A DNA stretch of 64,000 nucleotides from Schizochytrium sp. TIO01 (lineage: Eukaryota; Protista; Bigyra: Labyrinthulomycetes). Positions 62,636-64,000 of the stretch are shown here, piece after piece (positions within the stretch are counted from its first letter, which is position 1; each line of letters starts with the position of its first letter). The translations under genes were made by a program, and so were the position numbers. Below the pieces are notes generated by a model, which was not told where the DNA came from, did not search any database, and saw nothing but the letters and a program-made list of their open reading frames with translations. Location of the stretch: NCBI GenBank assembly GCA_004764695.1, contig SMSO01000031.1:4316436-4380435 (forward strand), in the 5' to 3' direction.

Positions 62636-64000
62636 ATGAATTCCAGTGCTGAGCCGTTCGGAGTACCCCCTGGGGCTCATGGAGGCCATCATCTCGGTAC
62701 CGGAATCAGCGAAGGTTTTGGTCACGCATCGCGAGCAAACCTTGGAGCAGATAATGTTGAGACGCCCTCTCCTATGTCTGTATGGGGTCTGTCCTTGCCG
62801 GGGACTGCAGTGAAGTCAGATGATTTTGCCCAAGCTTTGAGCTTCATTCTCCAGTGTAAAGATAATGACTACGCGGAGTCCGAAAACTTCCTTCGAGGTG
62901 CTCTACGCCTACTGCGTCAGCGAATGAATCTTGATGATGAAGAGCACAGTACTTCGGATGAAGTCGCAACTAGCAAAGAGTTTGATGCTTTCATCAGCGA
63001 TGACACTGATGACAAGCAAACTACGCTTGTTCTCCTAGTGCCAGGGCAATCCCACATCATTGGTCATCTTATTGGCAAATCTGGATCTGAGATTACAAAA
63101 CTCGAGAGTGCAGCCAACGTGTCAATTCGTGTAGAGAGCAAAAGCAAGATGCCTGTGGGTTCCTCTGAAAGGCGAATTTTCATTGTAGGCTCAGTGGCCA
63201 ACTCTGTGTTCACACAGCAGCGCATAACGCAGCGTATTCATGAGAAACTTCGTGAGGAGGGCGTGAAGCAGGAGCTGATCAAAATCGTGATCCCACATGA
63301 AAGTGTTCCACACTTGATTGGCAAGGGTGGGTCCAGTATCAAGCGCCTACAGGAACTATCACATGCACGTATTCAGGTTGAGCAGGAAACGTCGGTAGTA
63401 CCGGGTACCATCGGTCGATCTGTCACCATTCAGGGGTCCCAGTACGAACGCTCGATGGCACAGTATTTGATTTCGCGCCAGATGACGGAAAATCGTTCAA
63501 CCCCGAAGGAATGGCAAGGTGGCCTTCCGCAGCCTCAAACTCAACATCTGAATGGCCCCTTTCCACTGAATCTTCTTCTTGAAGACCCAGTTCCTGGCGT
63601 TCCTCCTGTACCAGGGCTTGCTCCATCATCAGCTCCCCCAGGTGCTCCTTCGGGGCCTGCAAATGCGAAAGCAAACTTTTTTAACTCGCAAGGTATGACC
63701 CAGAGCAGTGCTGCTGGAGGGCTAGGACCTGGTGGTGAGTCAGATAGCGTCGAAAGTCAGGGGTACGTTGATCCGGACAAAGGTTGGTTTAATGGAAAAC
63801 CTGATGATGCAGGCCCGCAGTGGCAAGCTGGGGATGACCAACAGGGCCAACACTTGCTCCAACCGCCATCGCAGCAACAACCCTCTCCACCATTCATCAA
63901 TGACTCTGGAAATGCGACGATAAATGGGGGCCTTGAAAATGCCAATGGGGGAGACGCATATATCAATACCACCCAACAATACGAGCGTTTGGTGCCAAAC
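62636..64000 (+). CDS. KH-domain RNA-binding protein (PCBP/NOVA-like), runs off the window end
   Basis: Not in the ORF track because it has no stop. Manual translation gives KH1 IIGHLIGKSGSEITKLE and KH2 VPHLIGKGGSSIKRLQE; the frame is open to 64000. Confidence 0.9.
   Translation, partial: MNSSAEPFGVPPGAHGGHHLGTGISEGFGHASRANLGADNVETPSPMSVWGLSLPGTAVKSDDFAQALSFILQCKDNDYAESENFLRGALRLLRQRMNLDDEEHSTSDEVATSKEFDAFISDDTDDKQTTLVLLVPGQSHIIGHLIGKSGSEITKLESAANVSIRVESKSKMPVGSSERRIFIVGSVANSVFTQQRITQRIHEKLREEGVKQELIKIVIPHESVPHLIGKGGSSIKRLQELSHARIQVEQETSVVPGTIGRSVTIQGSQYERSMAQYLISRQMTENRSTPKEWQGGLPQPQTQHLNGPFPLNLLLEDPVPGVPPVPGLAPSSAPPGAPSGPANAKANFFNSQGMTQSSAAGGLGPGGESDSVESQGYVDPDKGWFNGKPDDAGPQWQAGDDQQGQHLLQPPSQQQPSPPFINDSGNATINGGLENANGGDAYINTTQQYERLVPN

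Noticed and set aside
10826-64000. Alternative genetic code or stop-codon readthrough
   Set aside because: Homology continues in a different frame rather than past the stop, and intact genes end at TAA, TAG and TGA.

Overview
Eukaryotic nuclear DNA of moderate GC content, intron-poor and rich in microsatellites. The gene style suggests a stramenopile protist, probably a labyrinthulomycete/thraustochytrid (inference). About 14 protein genes are supported: NUFIP1/Rsa1, a DUF2834-like membrane protein, TM9SF/EMP70, a DUF4807-like protein, an unknown ~600-aa protein, PRP8, BUB3, an IQ/WW/B-box protein, a theta-like GST, a Nup43-like WD40 protein, an EGF+7TM protein, an R2R3 MYB, a large LRR protein and a 3'-truncated KH protein. 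There are two main signals. (1) Five genes are broken by six frame breaks, each needing a +1 shift, with two inside PRP8; two sit on slippery-codon+stop motifs (AAA-TAA, CCC-TAA). This is either widespread +1 ribosomal frameshifting or insertion-biased assembly error, and the sequence alone cannot decide; error is at least as likely. (2) The PRP8 carries substitutions in motifs shared by yeast and human, suggesting a divergent or specialised spliceosome core or paralog. The first 10.8 kb has no recognisable gene but holds a possible spliced transcript, hairpins, a weak snoRNA candidate and one copy of a recurrent TACCTAGGTA palindrome.
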